Shown piece after piece: positions 12,057-25,391 of a stretch of 40,040 nt of DNA. The number at the start of each line of letters is the position of its first letter. The stretch's first letter is position 1. This stretch comes from Chiloscyllium plagiosum (Eukaryota). A model generated the notes under the pieces. It saw only the letters and a list, made by a program, of their open reading frames with translations. It was not told where the DNA came from and ran no database searches. Location: contig NW_025214179.1 in assembly GCF_004010195.1 (NCBI RefSeq), positions 1 to 40,040 on the forward strand, read 5' to 3'. Position numbers and translations under genes: made by a program.

Positions 12057-12900
12057 ATCAAAATTTTAGTTAGGCCATGTTTGGAATATTGCCACACTAC
12101 CAGAAGGACATGGATGCTTTGGAGAAGGTTCAGAGAAGGTTTACCAAGATGTTGCCTGGTCTGGAGTGTTTTAGTTATGAGGGAGAGGTTGGATAAACTC
12201 TGATTGCTTTCACTGGAAAGACAGAGGCTGAGGGGTGATCTGACAGGTCTACAAAATTGAGGGGCATAGATAGAGTGGGTAGTCAGAGGCTTTTTCCCAG
12301 GTTGGAAATGTTAATTGGAAATGTTAACTACAAATGAGCACAGGATCAAGGTGAGAGGGAGAAAGTTTAGGAGAGCTGTGAGGACAAAATCTTTCTCTTG
12401 AGTGTGGTAGGTGACTGGAACGCTTTGCCAGTGGAGGTGGTGGAATTAGGTATGTTAGCAACATTTAAGGTGTATCTTGATAGACGTGAACGTGAGGCGA
12501 ACAGAGTGATAGATGTTGAGCATGAGCACGGTGGCTCAGTGGTTAGCACTGCTGCCTCACAGCGCCAGGGACCCGGGTTCAATTCCCGCCTCGGGCAACT
12601 GCCTGTGTGGAGTTTGCACATTCTCCCCGTGTCTGCGTGGGTTTTCTCCGGGTGCTCCGGTTTCCTCCCACAGTCCAAAGATGTGCAGGTTAGGTGAATT
12701 GGCCATGCTAAATTGCCCGTAGTGTTCGGTGGATTAGTCAGGGATAAATATAGGGGGGTTGGTTTCTCTTCGGAGGGTTGGTGTGGACTTGTTGGGCCGA
12801 AGGGCTTGTTTCCACACTGTAGGTAATCTAATCTAATAAGCAGCATTAGGGATTAGGGATTGGCACAGTCTTGGTCTGAAGGCTGTTCCTGTGCAGTGTT
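12057..12900 (+). mobile_element. CR1-type LINE 3' fragment interrupted by an HE1 SINE
   Basis: LVRPCLEY..KDMDALEKVQRRFTKMLPGL..FSLERQRLRGDL..WNALP. The CR1 tail resumes after 12836. Confidence 0.85.
12524..12836 (+). mobile_element. HE1-type V-SINE, near full length, relatively young
   Basis: A box tggctcagtgg (12532), B box ggttcaattcc (12576), V-domain tgtgtggagtttgcacattctccccgtgtctgcgtgggtt..ccggtttcctcccaca, CR1-like tail ending (taatc)n. Confidence 0.92.
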
Positions 12901-14749
12901 GTACAATAAGATTATGCCTTATCAAAGTATTATTAAATGATGCAAGGAATGAGTCATTATTCAAAAGTTGAAGATACTTCATTTATGTATTTGAAATTCA
13001 AAGATCTTAAATTTATCACAGCTGAAGAAGACATTAGTGATCACATCTTTAAATTCTGACTGATCTACTGTAGAGCTGGATCAAGACTGACCTCTGTGAG
13101 GAATACAGTCTTTCAAAGATTGTGTCAAATGGCCCAGTTTTTGAAGAGACTGCAATGTATCTAAAACTTAAATGACTTGTCATGTTAGGGATAGTTTATT
13201 CTGCCTGTGAAAGTTACTGTATTGCTTTAAAAAAGAAAGGAACAATTTGCTTCTAAATTGATGGTTTATAGGTTATGCTCTAAATGCAATCTGCCTGTTC
13301 TGTGCTAAATCCACCAAACTCTGTAATGTAAAGTTAAGTTGTTGACTTGAGGCACATTGCGTCCATTCATTATTTATAAGGATAGACTTCAGTTTTCAGT
13401 TGCCACAACCCTGCATGCAAATGTTGCCTTTTTCAGTGAACACAAGGTGAAAATCTACTAACTTGTCAAACTTGGATCCACATCAATCTAGGCTAGATTG
13501 CTAGTTGCTGCTGGTTCTTGCTTCCTGGCCCCCTTTTTAAGGATCATGTCCTTAATCACACAAAAGAAAATGTAAAGCTCAAGGTGATTGAGAGAAAGTT
13601 GAAATAGCATAAGGAAAAACTTTTTTACGAGTGAATGATAAAGATGTGAAATGCCCTGGTTATAGTACGGTTGAAATGGATTCAGAAGTAGCTTTCAAAT
13701 GGAAATTAACTAAAAATTTCGAAAACATTTTGCTTGAATACAGGCAAGAGTAAGGGGAAGTGGAACTGGCTGAATTGCTCTTTTAAAGAGCTGTCATGGA
13801 ATCAGTGGCACTTGGCCTCTTACTGTGCGGTACTGTTTCATGTTGTGGAATTGGAGTCACCCTCCACCTAAACTTAAACAAGTCGTGCTGCACTTTCGTG
13901 TTGGGTTTGTAACAATTTGAAACAAGACCCCAATTGGTGCCAATCTGCTGGTATTCTAAATGTAGTATGAGATGGATCTGTAAAGAACTGGGGCTGTGGA
14001 GGCCATGTTTTACCTGTTACTGATGCTCTTATGAGTGTGTGATATAGGTTAAATTGAGCTGGGTTCTGATATAAAAGACATACAGAAATCTCAAGTTATC
14101 AGATTAAATTATGATTTTATGTTTCTTAAAGTGTATCTCCATTTGAAAGGAGCTGAACCTATTAACATCTCATACATGATTTTGCATGAGTAAAGATATT
14201 CCAAAGTGGTTCCACCCTGTAATAAATGCCCAATGCTCTTCACAAAGGAGCTGCTTTTAGGATTTATTTACAAGAGGATGGTTTTAATTTCTTTTGCAAT
14301 ACATTCTATTATTAATAAATGCAATAAGAACAATCTTGCACAGCAGTTCGGATTGTTCTCTCTTCCCAGCCAAAACATTTTGAGATGTGATTTTGAATTC
14401 ATCCAATCCAACTTGGCTTCTCCCTGCAACCAAATAATGTTGTTGCCATTGGTGAGATTGCTGCCGTGCAGTGAAAGGGACTGAATTTCTTTCATTAGCT
14501 GAAAAGGGTATGCACGTTTTTACTATTCCATGCTGCATGGAAATGAGTTAATCTCAATCAACAGCAGCTTCATCTGTACTAAATGTAAATGTCAGGCTTT
14601 ACAGAATATGTATCATAGGACTTTCTCTTCTCTCCATACCACAAACCCATAAGAGCTTTATTGTTGAACGCTACTGGCAATTTTTTCATCAGGCCATGTT
14701 TTACAAGTGTGTTTTGTTTTATTCTAAAAATAGTTTGCCTTGTCTCTTT

Positions 14750-15720
14750 GCATTATATTCCTCACCTAATTAAAAATCACTTTGATGTCTCTTTGTAGTT
14801 ATGACCAGCATTCATTGTCATTGCTTTGCTATCACTGCAGTAATGACATTGATATCCTCAACACCTCTGTTGGTAGTATGTCTCCAAGAATGATTTCTCT
14901 TTCCACTCCTGATTTATTTCCCCATGAACTATTCAACGATTTAACCTTGGTGACTTCGTCTTACTCATCTATTATTGCTTTTTGGTGACAATGTCTACAG
15001 GTTGCGAACTACCACATGTGCACTGACCATCATCCAGCACTATTTCTCCCCTCCAACCCCCACCATCCCAGTATCGTTAGGTTTCAGGACCTGCTCAGCA
15101 TTCAGTACTCTATGAGCTGCCATTTCTTTTAAGTTGTACATTGGAAGATGGAAGCCATTGTCTTTGCCTTCTGTCATAAATTTCATTTGCTTGTTATTGA
15201 TTCCATCCCCTTACCATTCTATCACTGGTGAAATCAGATTGTTGCCATCTCCAAGAGTTTCATTCAACTTTAAACCCAAGGTTTGATAATATGCCTGTAG
15301 TTGTAACATCACCTTACATCTGCTTCAGCCATCTGAAGCTGAACCACTCCATCCATGCCTTTGTCACCTTCCACTTAACTAATCCAGAGCTTTTTTGGCC
15401 TGTCTACAATTCTCTGAAAACTTTGACTCATCCGAAATATTGCTGTCTGATTTTATCCTGTGCCAAGTCCTACTTGCTTAACATCTCTTACCTGCTATTT
15501 ATTGTATTTCTCTGATGACCTTGTCATTAAATCCTTCTTGTAATCCTGCTCCTCCCTATCTCAGTAACCTAATCCAACTGTACATTCCTCCATCCCTTTG
15601 ACGCTAACCATGAATGCAAAATACCTTCTTTCACCTCACCATAAGCTGCCATGCCTTGAATTTCCACATGCTGTGGAATTCCTTCTGCAACATTATTTGT
15701 TTCTCCATCTCCTAAGCATG
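14750..15720 (+). mobile_element. Very old L2-type LINE remnant
   Basis: Pyrimidine-rich; L2 RT C-terminal-like reading in ORF 15228..15515 (IHAFVTFHL, compare L2 IHAFVTSRLDY) and a ..ctgtggaattccttc (LWNSL) stretch. Confidence 0.45.
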
Positions 15721-16859
15721 TGATCACCCCATACCTAATGTGTCGTCCTTCAGTTGAATTTTGTTTTGGGAACCATATTGGGAGCTTTTGTTTAACAGTA
15801 TGTGCTGGAAAATTCATCTTGCACATTCATTGGTTGCTCAATTACCCAGTAATTTGAACAAATGGATCTTGGACTTCTATCAAATTTTAGCTACATAAAA
15901 GATGCATTCTGATTTCAGTTTGTTTTGGCAAGGGAGCAGTTGTCAAATTGAATTAGTAGTTTACATATTTTAAATCTTCTTTGCAAAGCACAGGGGCGGT
16001 ATTGTTTTCATTTCTTTTTGCAGTCATCCAGTGGGTGTGCTGTCTTGGAGCTGGATTGACATTGACCAAACACAGTTTTAAGCATCGGATTCGACAGTCT
16101 GGTGTTTGGTCTGTGCTGTTCTTGACACATCTTTGGGTAAGGGTTCAAGAAATTAGGTGGTACAGTAATAGGTTTCCCTAAAGTCCAGGGTTTCCACTCA
16201 GTGAAAATTTTAGTTGCTCGAGTAAGCAATGAATAATTGGTTCGCAGTTGTCACTTCTGGAAAGGAAAACCTGCGGTGCATTTGAAAATACCAACCATCC
16301 TAAGAATAGATTAATTCTTTGATTAATAAAAGATGCAATAGGACTGCAAGTTATTGTAATTTCAGGTGTCTATCAAGTGGGCCAATTGAACAAGCTGTTC
16401 ATTGCAGGTGTAACTCATCAGTAAGTTGACTGAAGGTGCTTCTCCGTGGCTGAATATCAGCCTTTATTTGGACTTCGGTGTATGCGACAGAAAAATAGAG
16501 AAATAACCATTTGAAGGAGGATTGTGGCTCGACAGGAGCTCTTTGTCAAGAGTTTCCATTCAGCTGTGTTTGTTTAGTTGGTTTGCTGCTTCAAATGTCC
16601 TGAATATTTGTGGATTAGCAAACAGGATCTGATTTACTGCTATGACAGTTTGTGTTATTTTAGGAATCATTTATATTCCAATACTTCTGCGTGTATAATG
16701 TGATGCTTCCTATGACTTCAAGAGTAACTGCCATTACCCTTATCTGTCTATTTTCTCTCTTTAAACACCCACCACCATCACCATTCCACTCTCTCCGCAC
16801 CCCCCAACCCCTCTGTATATTTAGCCAGAGAAATGCTCAATTGAAAGTCATCAAAGGCA

Positions 16860-18300
16860 TACAAAAGCAAAGTACTGTGGACGCATGAAACCTGTAAAGC
16901 AGAAAATGTCTGAAATACTCAGGTCTGAGAGAGAAACAGTTACTGTATCATGTTTGTGACTTTACATCAGAGCTGGCGACATTAGCAATATAGTCGGTTT
17001 TGAGTAATAAGTTAGGGTAGGATGGGAAGAAGAACAAATGTAGATACGTGATATGGTGGACAACTGGAAATATTCAATTAAGAATTCCTGGTGCAAGACT
17101 AGATAGTGGTTAGGGGGATAGTACAGATGCGAAAGATGTGTAGAGGTGGTGTTAATAGCAATGGCTGCCATCTGAAAGCAAAGAAAAAGGAAACAAAATA
17201 GGTCAGAGGTAATGATCTAAAATTCATGAATTCAGTCAGAGTCCAGAAGACTATAAAGTGCTAGTTGAAAGACAAAGTGCTGCTGCTTGGGTTTGCATTG
17301 AGCTTTATTAGAACATGAAGCCATACCAGAACACAAAGGTCAGAGTGGGAGGCAGTTGGGGAATTAAACTGAAAGATGATTGAAAGCTCAGGTTTAAGAA
17401 CTGTCCAGAGGTGTTCTCCAAAGCAATCACCCAGTTTGCATTTGGTCATCTCAACATAAAGTAGGTCACACCCTGAGCACAATATATTCAAGTGGAAGAA
17501 GTGATATTTTACTCGAAGTTTTGAGACCTGCTACAGAGTGCAGAGAGGAGGTAAATGGGCATGTGCTGCATTTTGTACTTGAGGAAAGGTGCCATGGGAA
17601 AAGAGGGTGATCCAATTAAGAAATGGAACAGGGTATCTGGGTGAATGATCCCATTGAAAAGCTGACAAGGAAGGGAAAGGTGTGTTTGGTGGTAGCAGTA
17701 TGTGAAAATGGAGGAAGATGAATTGTTGAATATGGAGGCTGGTGGGTTGGACTGAAGGGTCTGTTTCCATGCTGTGCATCTCTATGACTCTATAAGAGGA
17801 ACCCAATGATTAGATTAGATTAGATTACTTTACAGTGTGGAAACAGGCCCTTCGGCCCAACAAGTCCACACCGACCCGCCGAAGCGCAACCCACCCAGAC
17901 CCATTCCCCTACATTTACCCCTACACCTAACACTACGGGCAATTTAGCATGGCCAGTTCACCTGACCTGCACATTTTTGGACTGTGGGAGGAAACCGGAG
18001 CACCCGGAGGAAACCCACGCATACACGGGGAGAATGTGCAAACTCCAGACAGTCAGTCGCCTGAGGCGGGAATTGAACCGGGGTCTCTGGCGCTGTGAGG
18101 CAGCAGTGCTAACCACTGTGCCACCATGCCGCCCACATGATGGTTCGGGGAAATGGAGAGAGCAAAAGAGGGTGAAATGGAACATGTGGCAGAGGGCCTT
18201 GTCAATCCTGGTGGGGGAAATTCTCATGAAAAGCTCTTGAATGGAAAGTTGTGTCATCAGACAGATGTAACAGAGTCTGAGAAACTGGGAGAATGGTGTT
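16860..18300 (-). mobile_element. Old Penelope-like element with decayed GIY-YIG domain, interrupted by a CR1 tail and an HE1 SINE
   Basis: ORF 17261..17491: CSGCDLLYVEMTKCKLGDCFGEHL..FNSP.ASHSDLCVL (compare PLE CxxCxLLYIGETKRRLGDRFxEH). PLE terminus at ~16860-16972. Confidence 0.7.
17808..18134 (-). mobile_element. HE1-type V-SINE, full length, young
   Basis: Reverse complement starts gggcggcatggtggcacagtggttagcactgctgcctcacagcgccag, has a B box and V-domain, and ends in (taatc)n, seen as gattagattagattag at 17808. Confidence 0.93.
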
Positions 18301-18544
18301 TAGAAAAATGTTCAATGAAACCTGATTCTTCAGAGCCTTCACAGGATAGATGCTGAAAGTATGTTTCTCTTCATGGGAGAGTCTAGGACCAGAGAACATC
18401 ATCTCAAAATAAAGGGGTGCTAATTTAAACTTGAGATGAGGAGGAATTTCTTTTGTGGGTTGAGTCTTTGGAACTCATTGCCACAGAAAGCAGTAGAGAT
18501 AGAGCCCTTGTGTATATTTAACAATAAGTTAGATTTTTGATCAG

Positions 18545-19506
18545 CACAGTAAGTCAGACAGCATCTGAGGAGCAGGAGAATTGATGTTTCAGGCATAAGC
18601 ACTCCATCAGGAATGAGGCTTGTGGGTCAGGGCTGAGAGATAAATGGGAAGGGGTGGGGTTTGGGGAAAGGTAGCTGAGAAAGCGATAGGTGGATGAAGG
18701 TGAGGGAGAAGGTGACAGGTTGGGGGTGGGGTGATGGACAGGTCCGGAGGGCGGTGCTGAGTTGGAGGCTTGGGACTGGTATAATGTGGGGGGAGGGGAA
18801 ATGAGGAAGCTGTTCAAATCCATATTTATCCCGTGTGTTTGCAGGGTCCTAAGGCAGAATATAAGGCGTTCTTCCTCCAGGCGTCGGTTGGTAACAGGTT
18901 TGGCGGTGGAGGAGGCCCAGGACCTGCATTTCCTTGACTGAGTGGGAGGGGGGGGTCTAAGTGTTCAGCCACTGGGCGGTGTATCCCAGAGATGTTCTCT
19001 GAAACGATCCACAAGAAGCATCCTGTCTCCCCGATGTAGAGGAGACCACACTGGGTGCAACAGGTGCAGTAGATGACATTGGTAGAGGTACAGGTAAATT
19101 TCTGATGGATGTGGAAGGATCCCTTGGACAGTGATGAGGGGAGTAGTTTTGCATTTCCTGCAGTGTCAGGGAAAGGTGCCTGGAGTGGGGTGTGGGCTGG
19201 CAAGGGGGTGTGGACCTGACCAGGGAGTCACGGAGGGAATGGTCTTTTCGGGGTGGGGAGGGAAATATATCTCTGATAGGTCAGAAGGAGGAGCACTATC
19301 ACCTTCTCCCTCACCTTCATCCACCTATCGCTTCTCAGCTACCTTTTCCCCAAACCCCGCCCTGACCCACAAACTTCATTCCTGATGAAGGGCTTATGCC
19401 TGAAACGTTGATTCTCCTGCTCCTCGGATGTTGCCTGACCTCCTGTGCTTTTCCAGCACCACACCCTCGACTCTGATTTCCAGTATCAGCAGTCCTCACT
19501 TTCTCC
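18545..19506 (-). mobile_element. 5'-truncated Penelope-like element with GIY-YIG endonuclease remnant and inverted pseudo-LTR
   Basis: ORF 18826..19203 FHIHQKFTCTSTNVIYCTCCTQCGLLYIGETG. 18545-18715 is inverted relative to ~19298-19460. Imperfect 16-bp flanking duplication ttagatttttgatcag / ttaaattcttgatcag (18529-18544, 19507-19522). Confidence 0.88.
19382..19409 (+). ncRNA. Minimal hammerhead ribozyme core within the PLE pseudo-LTR (activity unknown)
   Basis: CTGATGA-A-GGGC-TTAT-GCCT-GAAAC-GTT: conserved CUGANGA and GAAA boxes flanking stem II. PLEs are known to carry minimal hammerheads. Confidence 0.65.
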
Positions 19507-20814
19507 TTAAATTCTTGATCAGTAGGGGAAATCAAGGGGAAAATGCAGGAAAATGGATTTGAGGGAAGTTGGATTAGCCCTGATCCCATTGAATGGCGGA
19601 GTGAGCTTGAAGGGCTGAACAACCTGCTCTTTTTTTATTATGGTCTTAACGTGTACAGAAAGAGACAAAGATGCACTGATACGTTTTAAGTGTGTATCAG
19701 TTGTGCGTTTTCCTCTAAGGTTAATATTGGCAAAGTAACAAAAATGGAGCGATGTTCATACATATCTAAACTTAGTAACAACTTAAGAGGATCCTTAGCT
19801 TGTGTAAGATTAGATTTCTGTGATAAATAGTTTAAAAGACTTGCTATTGCAAAAGTTGACTTTGACAGCCTCTACAATTTAGTGTTTAATAGCTTCAACA
19901 CCACGCTATGCTTTGGTTTCAAGATATTTCTGCAAACTGTCATTATATATGATTGTTCCCTTAAAACCTCTTGCCTCTGTAAAAGAGAAACTGTAACAAT
20001 GACAGAATGCCTCATTTTGTATATAATGGGGTTACACTGTTATCTTTATGTCCATGACTTCAAATTAACTGAATGTAGAATTAATGAGTATACATGTACA
20101 CCATTAACCAAATTATTCAGAAACCTGTTAACCTTCAACAAAATAAAGTAGTTATCTGCCAAAGGGTGAAAGAATGTGTTCTTTCCATTAGTACTTCTGC
20201 ACATGCATAATCCAAAATATCCTAGATATCTCGTTTACTATTAAAGCACATTGGTAATGTTTAAGGTGCATTTTCCAAGGTTTGAATCTTTGTACCATCA
20301 GCCAAGCCTCAGTCATTTTGATACATAACTATGTATTTCATTTTTAAAAGCTTGTGAATATATTTACAATATTTTAATAACTGATCAACATGTGCCTTGG
20401 TGTATTGCTGCTCATCTTTTGTTGACTTTGATATAAACAACTGTTGAGTATTTGTTCTCTGGTCCAAAAATGCTGGTTGTTTAACTCCATGTGTATGTTT
20501 TCTACGTGAATGAGTCTTGTATTCTATATATTACATTCAACAAGTAAAATATTAATGCATTAATATGCTTGCATTTTTCTGCCAGGAATATTAGTGGCTA
20601 TTTATTTTCTGCCAGGATATTAATAGCCACTATTAATCTTAACAACCTACTTAAATTATAAGTTTCAGTTTTCAAAGTGGTGGCAGTGCACTTGAGACAG
20701 ACAAGATCTTCTAACTGAAGTAATCTAGCTGAGAAAATCTGAAACAAAAGCAAAATATTGATGATGCTAGAATTTTGAAACAATCAGCGTGCACATGAAC
20801 ACAGGAGATGCAGC

Positions 20815-21610
20815 ACTTAATCTTTTCCCTCCTCCCTTTTCCCAGTCCAAGGCCCTATGCACTTCCAGGTGAAAGAGGGATTTACTTTCACTTGTTTGCA
20901 TTTGCAATATTTGTTGCTTCTGATGTAGTCTCCATGTTGAGGAGACCAAATGCGGGCTGGAAGACGACTTTTTGAAACCTTTCTATCATGCTTCCAAATG
21001 TCCAGCTACAGTCAACTTAGTTCTCCGTCTCCCTCCCACTTTAACTGTTCTGTCCTTGGTCTCCTGCAGTGTTCCAGTGAAGCTCAATGCAGACTTGACA
21101 AACTGCACCTTCTTTTTCATCTTGACACTTTTTAAACTTCTGAAATCAATAAAATTGAGAGGTGGTATTAAGTTCAACAGTTTTAAGTCATAACGTCTTG
21201 CCCATATTTTATTTCATATCTTTTGCTAGATGTTTTCTTCCCCCTCCCCTTGTTGCATTCTTACCACCTTTTTGCATTTGGACCACAGCTTTCCTGCTAT
21301 TTGCAGTTTCTCTGGAAGTATCATGTTTCTTCATTTGTCCAATACTGCTTCCTTTGGCTGTGCACAATTAAACTTTTTGCCATTTAAACTCTCTTGCCAA
21401 TTAGCCTATCACAAATCTTCCTCCTCTTTGTTTTTCTATCACCCACTTCCATCTCTTCTCCTTTTAATCACCCTTCAGAGGTTATTCATTTACACACAGC
21501 ATACTACATTTCTAACCTCTCTGTTTTAGTGAAACCTAAATCACTAATGTTGATCTTTTCTACACAGATGCTGCCCTTACCTGCTGAGTGTTCAACATTT
21601 GGTTTCTTAT
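20815..21610 (+). mobile_element. Old Penelope-like element 3' part
   Basis: Decayed GIY-YIG region (ttccaggtgaaagag..gaggagaccaaatgcgggctgg..cactttaactgt..gtccttggtctcctgcagtg), a pyrimidine-rich UTR, and terminus acagatgctgcc..acctgctgagt. Confidence 0.65.
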
Positions 21611-24390
21611 AATTGTTGAAATCTAAGCTTTTGCAGGAACACATTTAAGTTTTGTATTAAAGTTATCCTTGATACTTAAGAATTAAATTACTTTCATTCT
21701 GAATATTTTTAACTGCTGCTTGGCATACCAACGTTGGAACTCTGAAACAAAAAGGGATGAAGAAACTCGGCAGGTCTGGCAGCATCATTAGAGAATAAAA
21801 GTTAATGTTTTGAGTCCAGTGAGTTTCTCCAACACTGTTTGTTTCAAATTTCTGGCATCCACAGTTCTTTATAAATTTTTTAACTCTGTTCTGCAACTTT
21901 TGTGTCTCTCAACCTTTCCAGTCTTCCTCCATTTTAAAATCCACCTTTTTCACCAAGCTTTTGCATAAACTCACAATGTCTCTCCTCATTTGACTTGGTG
22001 ACCATTTTTTCCATATGCACCTTGGGGCATTTTCTATGTTGCTATAATCTTAACCCTATGCACAAATGCAAGTTGTTGGTACAAAACACTTTGGAAAATA
22101 AACAGATAGAAATTCCAGTCAAATAAATGTCATCTATGGTAAGCTTATTTTATTAGTAGATTTCAAGTCGGTTGGAGAGATTGAAATTCAAGGTGCACGC
22201 ACCCTTTTCAGGAATTTTTATTGACTTGCTCAGTCTTACCCCTGTAATTCCATATTCTGAAATGAGAATCATGCTAATTTGCTTCAAGTGTGATGCCCTT
22301 CGAGCATATATTCCCATGTTAGTGACTTCTCATCCCTCATCATTTACAAGTGAAGATAATCTAAAACATTTGTACCCCAGCTTTTTGTGATTAGCTCTAT
22401 TTGACATAATTAAGGTGCTTTACAACAATCAATAAGAAAACTGCTCCTCAGGAAGATTTTGCAGTTCCAGTGTTGTCATTGGACATCCTTACTGTATTGA
22501 CACCAAGCTGTCGCAATACAAACCTGGCTTGAGCTGCTGTGCTTACTGTTGAGAAATGTATCAGCCATGATCAAATGGCAGAGCAGACTGCATATGGTCT
22601 TATAGTTGTACCTTATGCCTCTCGTGTTTTTAAAAATCTATTGACACGACACACACTGCACTGCCAGCACCCAGTTTTCTTAGAAGACATAAATAATCAG
22701 TCTTTCTGGCGTATTGATTGGACGATGATTGCATTGTCCTCCTTCCAGCTAGGACCCAAAATAGCATGGGTTTAATCGCTTAACCAACTATACCCCTCTG
22801 CACTTTGCAGTTCAAGTGGACATAATGCAGATATTTCACATAATGACCATTTGAGCTTTATGCAATTCTGGTGACATCTCTTCATCCTTTGACTCTAGGC
22901 AGCAAATGCTTTCCCAGGGCACTGTGAATTCAAATTGGTAACTAGCTAGGATGAATCGGTAATGATACCTCCACTGCCTTCACACCACACCACATCCCTC
23001 TGTCTACAAAATCTCCCATTTCTTTCTGATCCTGTCTTGGTTTGTTGAGAAACTTAGGCCATTTTTTTGTCACCTCTTGCTGACAGCTTACCTTGTCTGA
23101 TGTCATGAGCTGATACTTGAGCCTAATCAGTGCGTGCAAGAATTAGTTTTGTGATACCAGACCTGCCATTCTTCCACAAATGATGAAAACAATTGTTGTA
23201 ATATTTGAAGTCCCATCCCCATATGATCAAGTGCAGTTGGTCTTGATTCATATGATCCACAATCGACAGATTTGTCTTTTTAATGGAGTGTTATTATTAC
23301 ATGCTGTGAAATATTCTTTCATCCAAGTAGAGAAAGGGAAATTGGGGTTTATAATATTGTGATTGCTGGCAGCATACAGGGCCATTAGATGCCAAGTTCA
23401 TACACTGACCTTGTCTGTACAAAAAGTGTTGAGCGGTGGATTTGTTGCTTATCTGTATTGCACATTACTGAACGAGTGTTAATCTGTAGTTGACTTATTC
23501 TTATCTGTATCACTACGGTGCTGGAGTAGTCCCTGTTTTTCAGTGCCAGATAATTCTGACTTGGAGCATGACGGTGTAAAATGTTCAGTGGTGTTGTGAC
23601 TAGCCTTATCCAGTATATTGGGGAGGTCAGGGGGAGGAGAGAGGGCGAGAACCTCAGCAGCCAATGCTGTGTGCAATACATTTCATGCTCTGAATTCATC
23701 ACCTCAAATTGATCCGAGCACTGCTAACAGACTGTAAATGTCAGCATTGCCTCCAGTTTAAAATAGTTATAGTTCAAAATGTTCTCTCGCAGTTAGAAGT
23801 AGTTTTGAAGGACACTCTGTATGATTGTACTGATGGATATTTTCCACCAGTCCAAAGCAAATGAAGAGAATTCACTTTTACTGAAGTACTGGGGAGATAA
23901 GATAATATACACTACATTGTATACATTACACACCAGTGTTTCTTTCTTTCATGGGATGTGGGCATTAATGGCAAGTCCAGCGTTTATTTTCCATCCCTAA
24001 TTGAACTGAAAGGCAAGTTAGGTGTTGCATGGAGCCAAATCTGTTAATGCTGGATTTAGTATGTAATGAACCAAATGTGATCTTTAATTCTATTTTATTA
24101 ATTGAAATATTATTTGAATTTAAATTCCATCTCGTGCAGTGGTAGGATTTGAGCCCAAATCCCCAGGGCATGAACCTGGTGGATTACTAGTCTACTGACA
24201 GTGCCAGCACTCCACCATCTGCCTAGATGGTTTAGTAATGTTCTGGTGACTGTAAAGGTAACTAATAACACAACATACTGATTTTTAAAAACTTTTAACT
24301 CAACTGCTGAAATTAGAATTTGGTATTCAACCAGGTTTTGTCCCCTTCTATTCTGCAATTTTACTAAATGCTATTTAGTACTGAGGGTGC

Positions 24391-24522
24391 AGAGTTAACT
24401 TTTCAAGTCGATGAGTTACTGGACCTGAAACATTAACACTGCTTTCTCTGCACAGACGCTGCTAGACCTGCTGGGTTTTACCAGCAATTTTTGTTTTCGT
24501 TTCAGATCTTCAGCGTACAGTT
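24391..24522 (+). mobile_element. Short fold-back PLE terminus
   Basis: agagttaacttttcaagtc / gacctgaaacattaacact imperfect inverted repeat, followed by PLE end gcacagacgctgctagacctgctggg..ccagcaatttttgttt. Confidence 0.65.
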
Positions 24523-25391
24523 TTTTTTTAATATGTTGTTTAGAACTGAAGGTGGATCTACAGTTGCTGAATTGCTTCCTGTGTGAGCTGAAACATTAGT
24601 GTTTGCAGACTTTGTTAACTGTGGCTATGTAGTGAGCCCAAGACTTATCCAGCAGACCCTCACCTATGTGTCCATTTTTACAGAGATTCAGTGGCAGGAA
24701 CCCAATATATTTACTTAATCCTATGGAATACCCCCGAGTCACTTCAGAATGCTGAGATTATTTGTGGTGGTGTTTTTCACCAAGTCCCTTTCTCCTGTTT
24801 TCCCCCTCCATATGTTCTGTGATTTTAATTAGTTCTGGTCCAACAGCATCTCAGTTTCAAAGTTGTCAGCCTTGTTTTTTAAATTCCGCCTAAGGCCTCA
24901 CCCTTTCCCTACAACTTACAGCCTTAGGGTTCACTAGATATTTTTAATCAGTCTGGCCAGACATGTCAGACACACCTCTAGAACAGACGGGACTTGAATA
25001 TGGGCCTTCTGGCTCAAAGGTAGCGACCAGAGGTCACTGTACACTTGCAATCATGACATCATGCACCTTGTATACTTTAATCAATCTACCTGTCTCGCTC
25101 TTGAACTCTGAATAACCTTCTTTAAGCATCTGTAACTCTTTCTGTTTTAAGATACTGCTTAAAGCTAGCGTCTTTAAGAGACTTTTGGTCATCTGCCTGA
25201 ATGTCTTTAAAGTGTGGTGCCAAGTTTTATTTTGCAGTGCTGTTAAGACTGACCTTGGGACATTATACTAAGTAGAGGTGTTAAATCAATGCATATTGTT
25301 TTGAATCGTGTAACTGAGCCATATGTTCTCTATGGCTGACCTACATCTTTCACTTACCAATTGGAGGTATGAGTGAATTTGAGTTCATATC

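Larger units (their letters stand above)
18350..19650 (+). mobile_element. CR1 3' fragment split by a Penelope insertion (parts 18350-18544 and 19507-19650)
   Basis: gagagtctaggaccagag..tttaaacttgagatgaggaggaatttc..tggaactcattgccacag; the tail resumes with tcagtaggggaaatcaaggg..tgaatggcggag..aagggctgaac. Confidence 0.75.

Noticed and set aside
12524..12600. tRNA gene suggested by A and B boxes
   Set aside because: It is the tRNA-derived head of HE1 and continues into the V-domain and LINE-like tail.
12367..12846. Overlapping ORFs on both strands (also 17958..18257)
   Set aside because: Chance open frames of the GC-rich HE1 SINE.
14200..14560. Repeat-free stretch (also ~16200-16560) as a possible conserved non-coding enhancer
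   Set aside because: Conservation cannot be judged without alignments, and the overlapping short ORFs show no motif.
16366..16420. Possible 55-nt cryptic exon (ttcag..gtaagt)
   Set aside because: Weak pyrimidine tract, frameshifting and no AdSS similarity; expected by chance in 28 kb.
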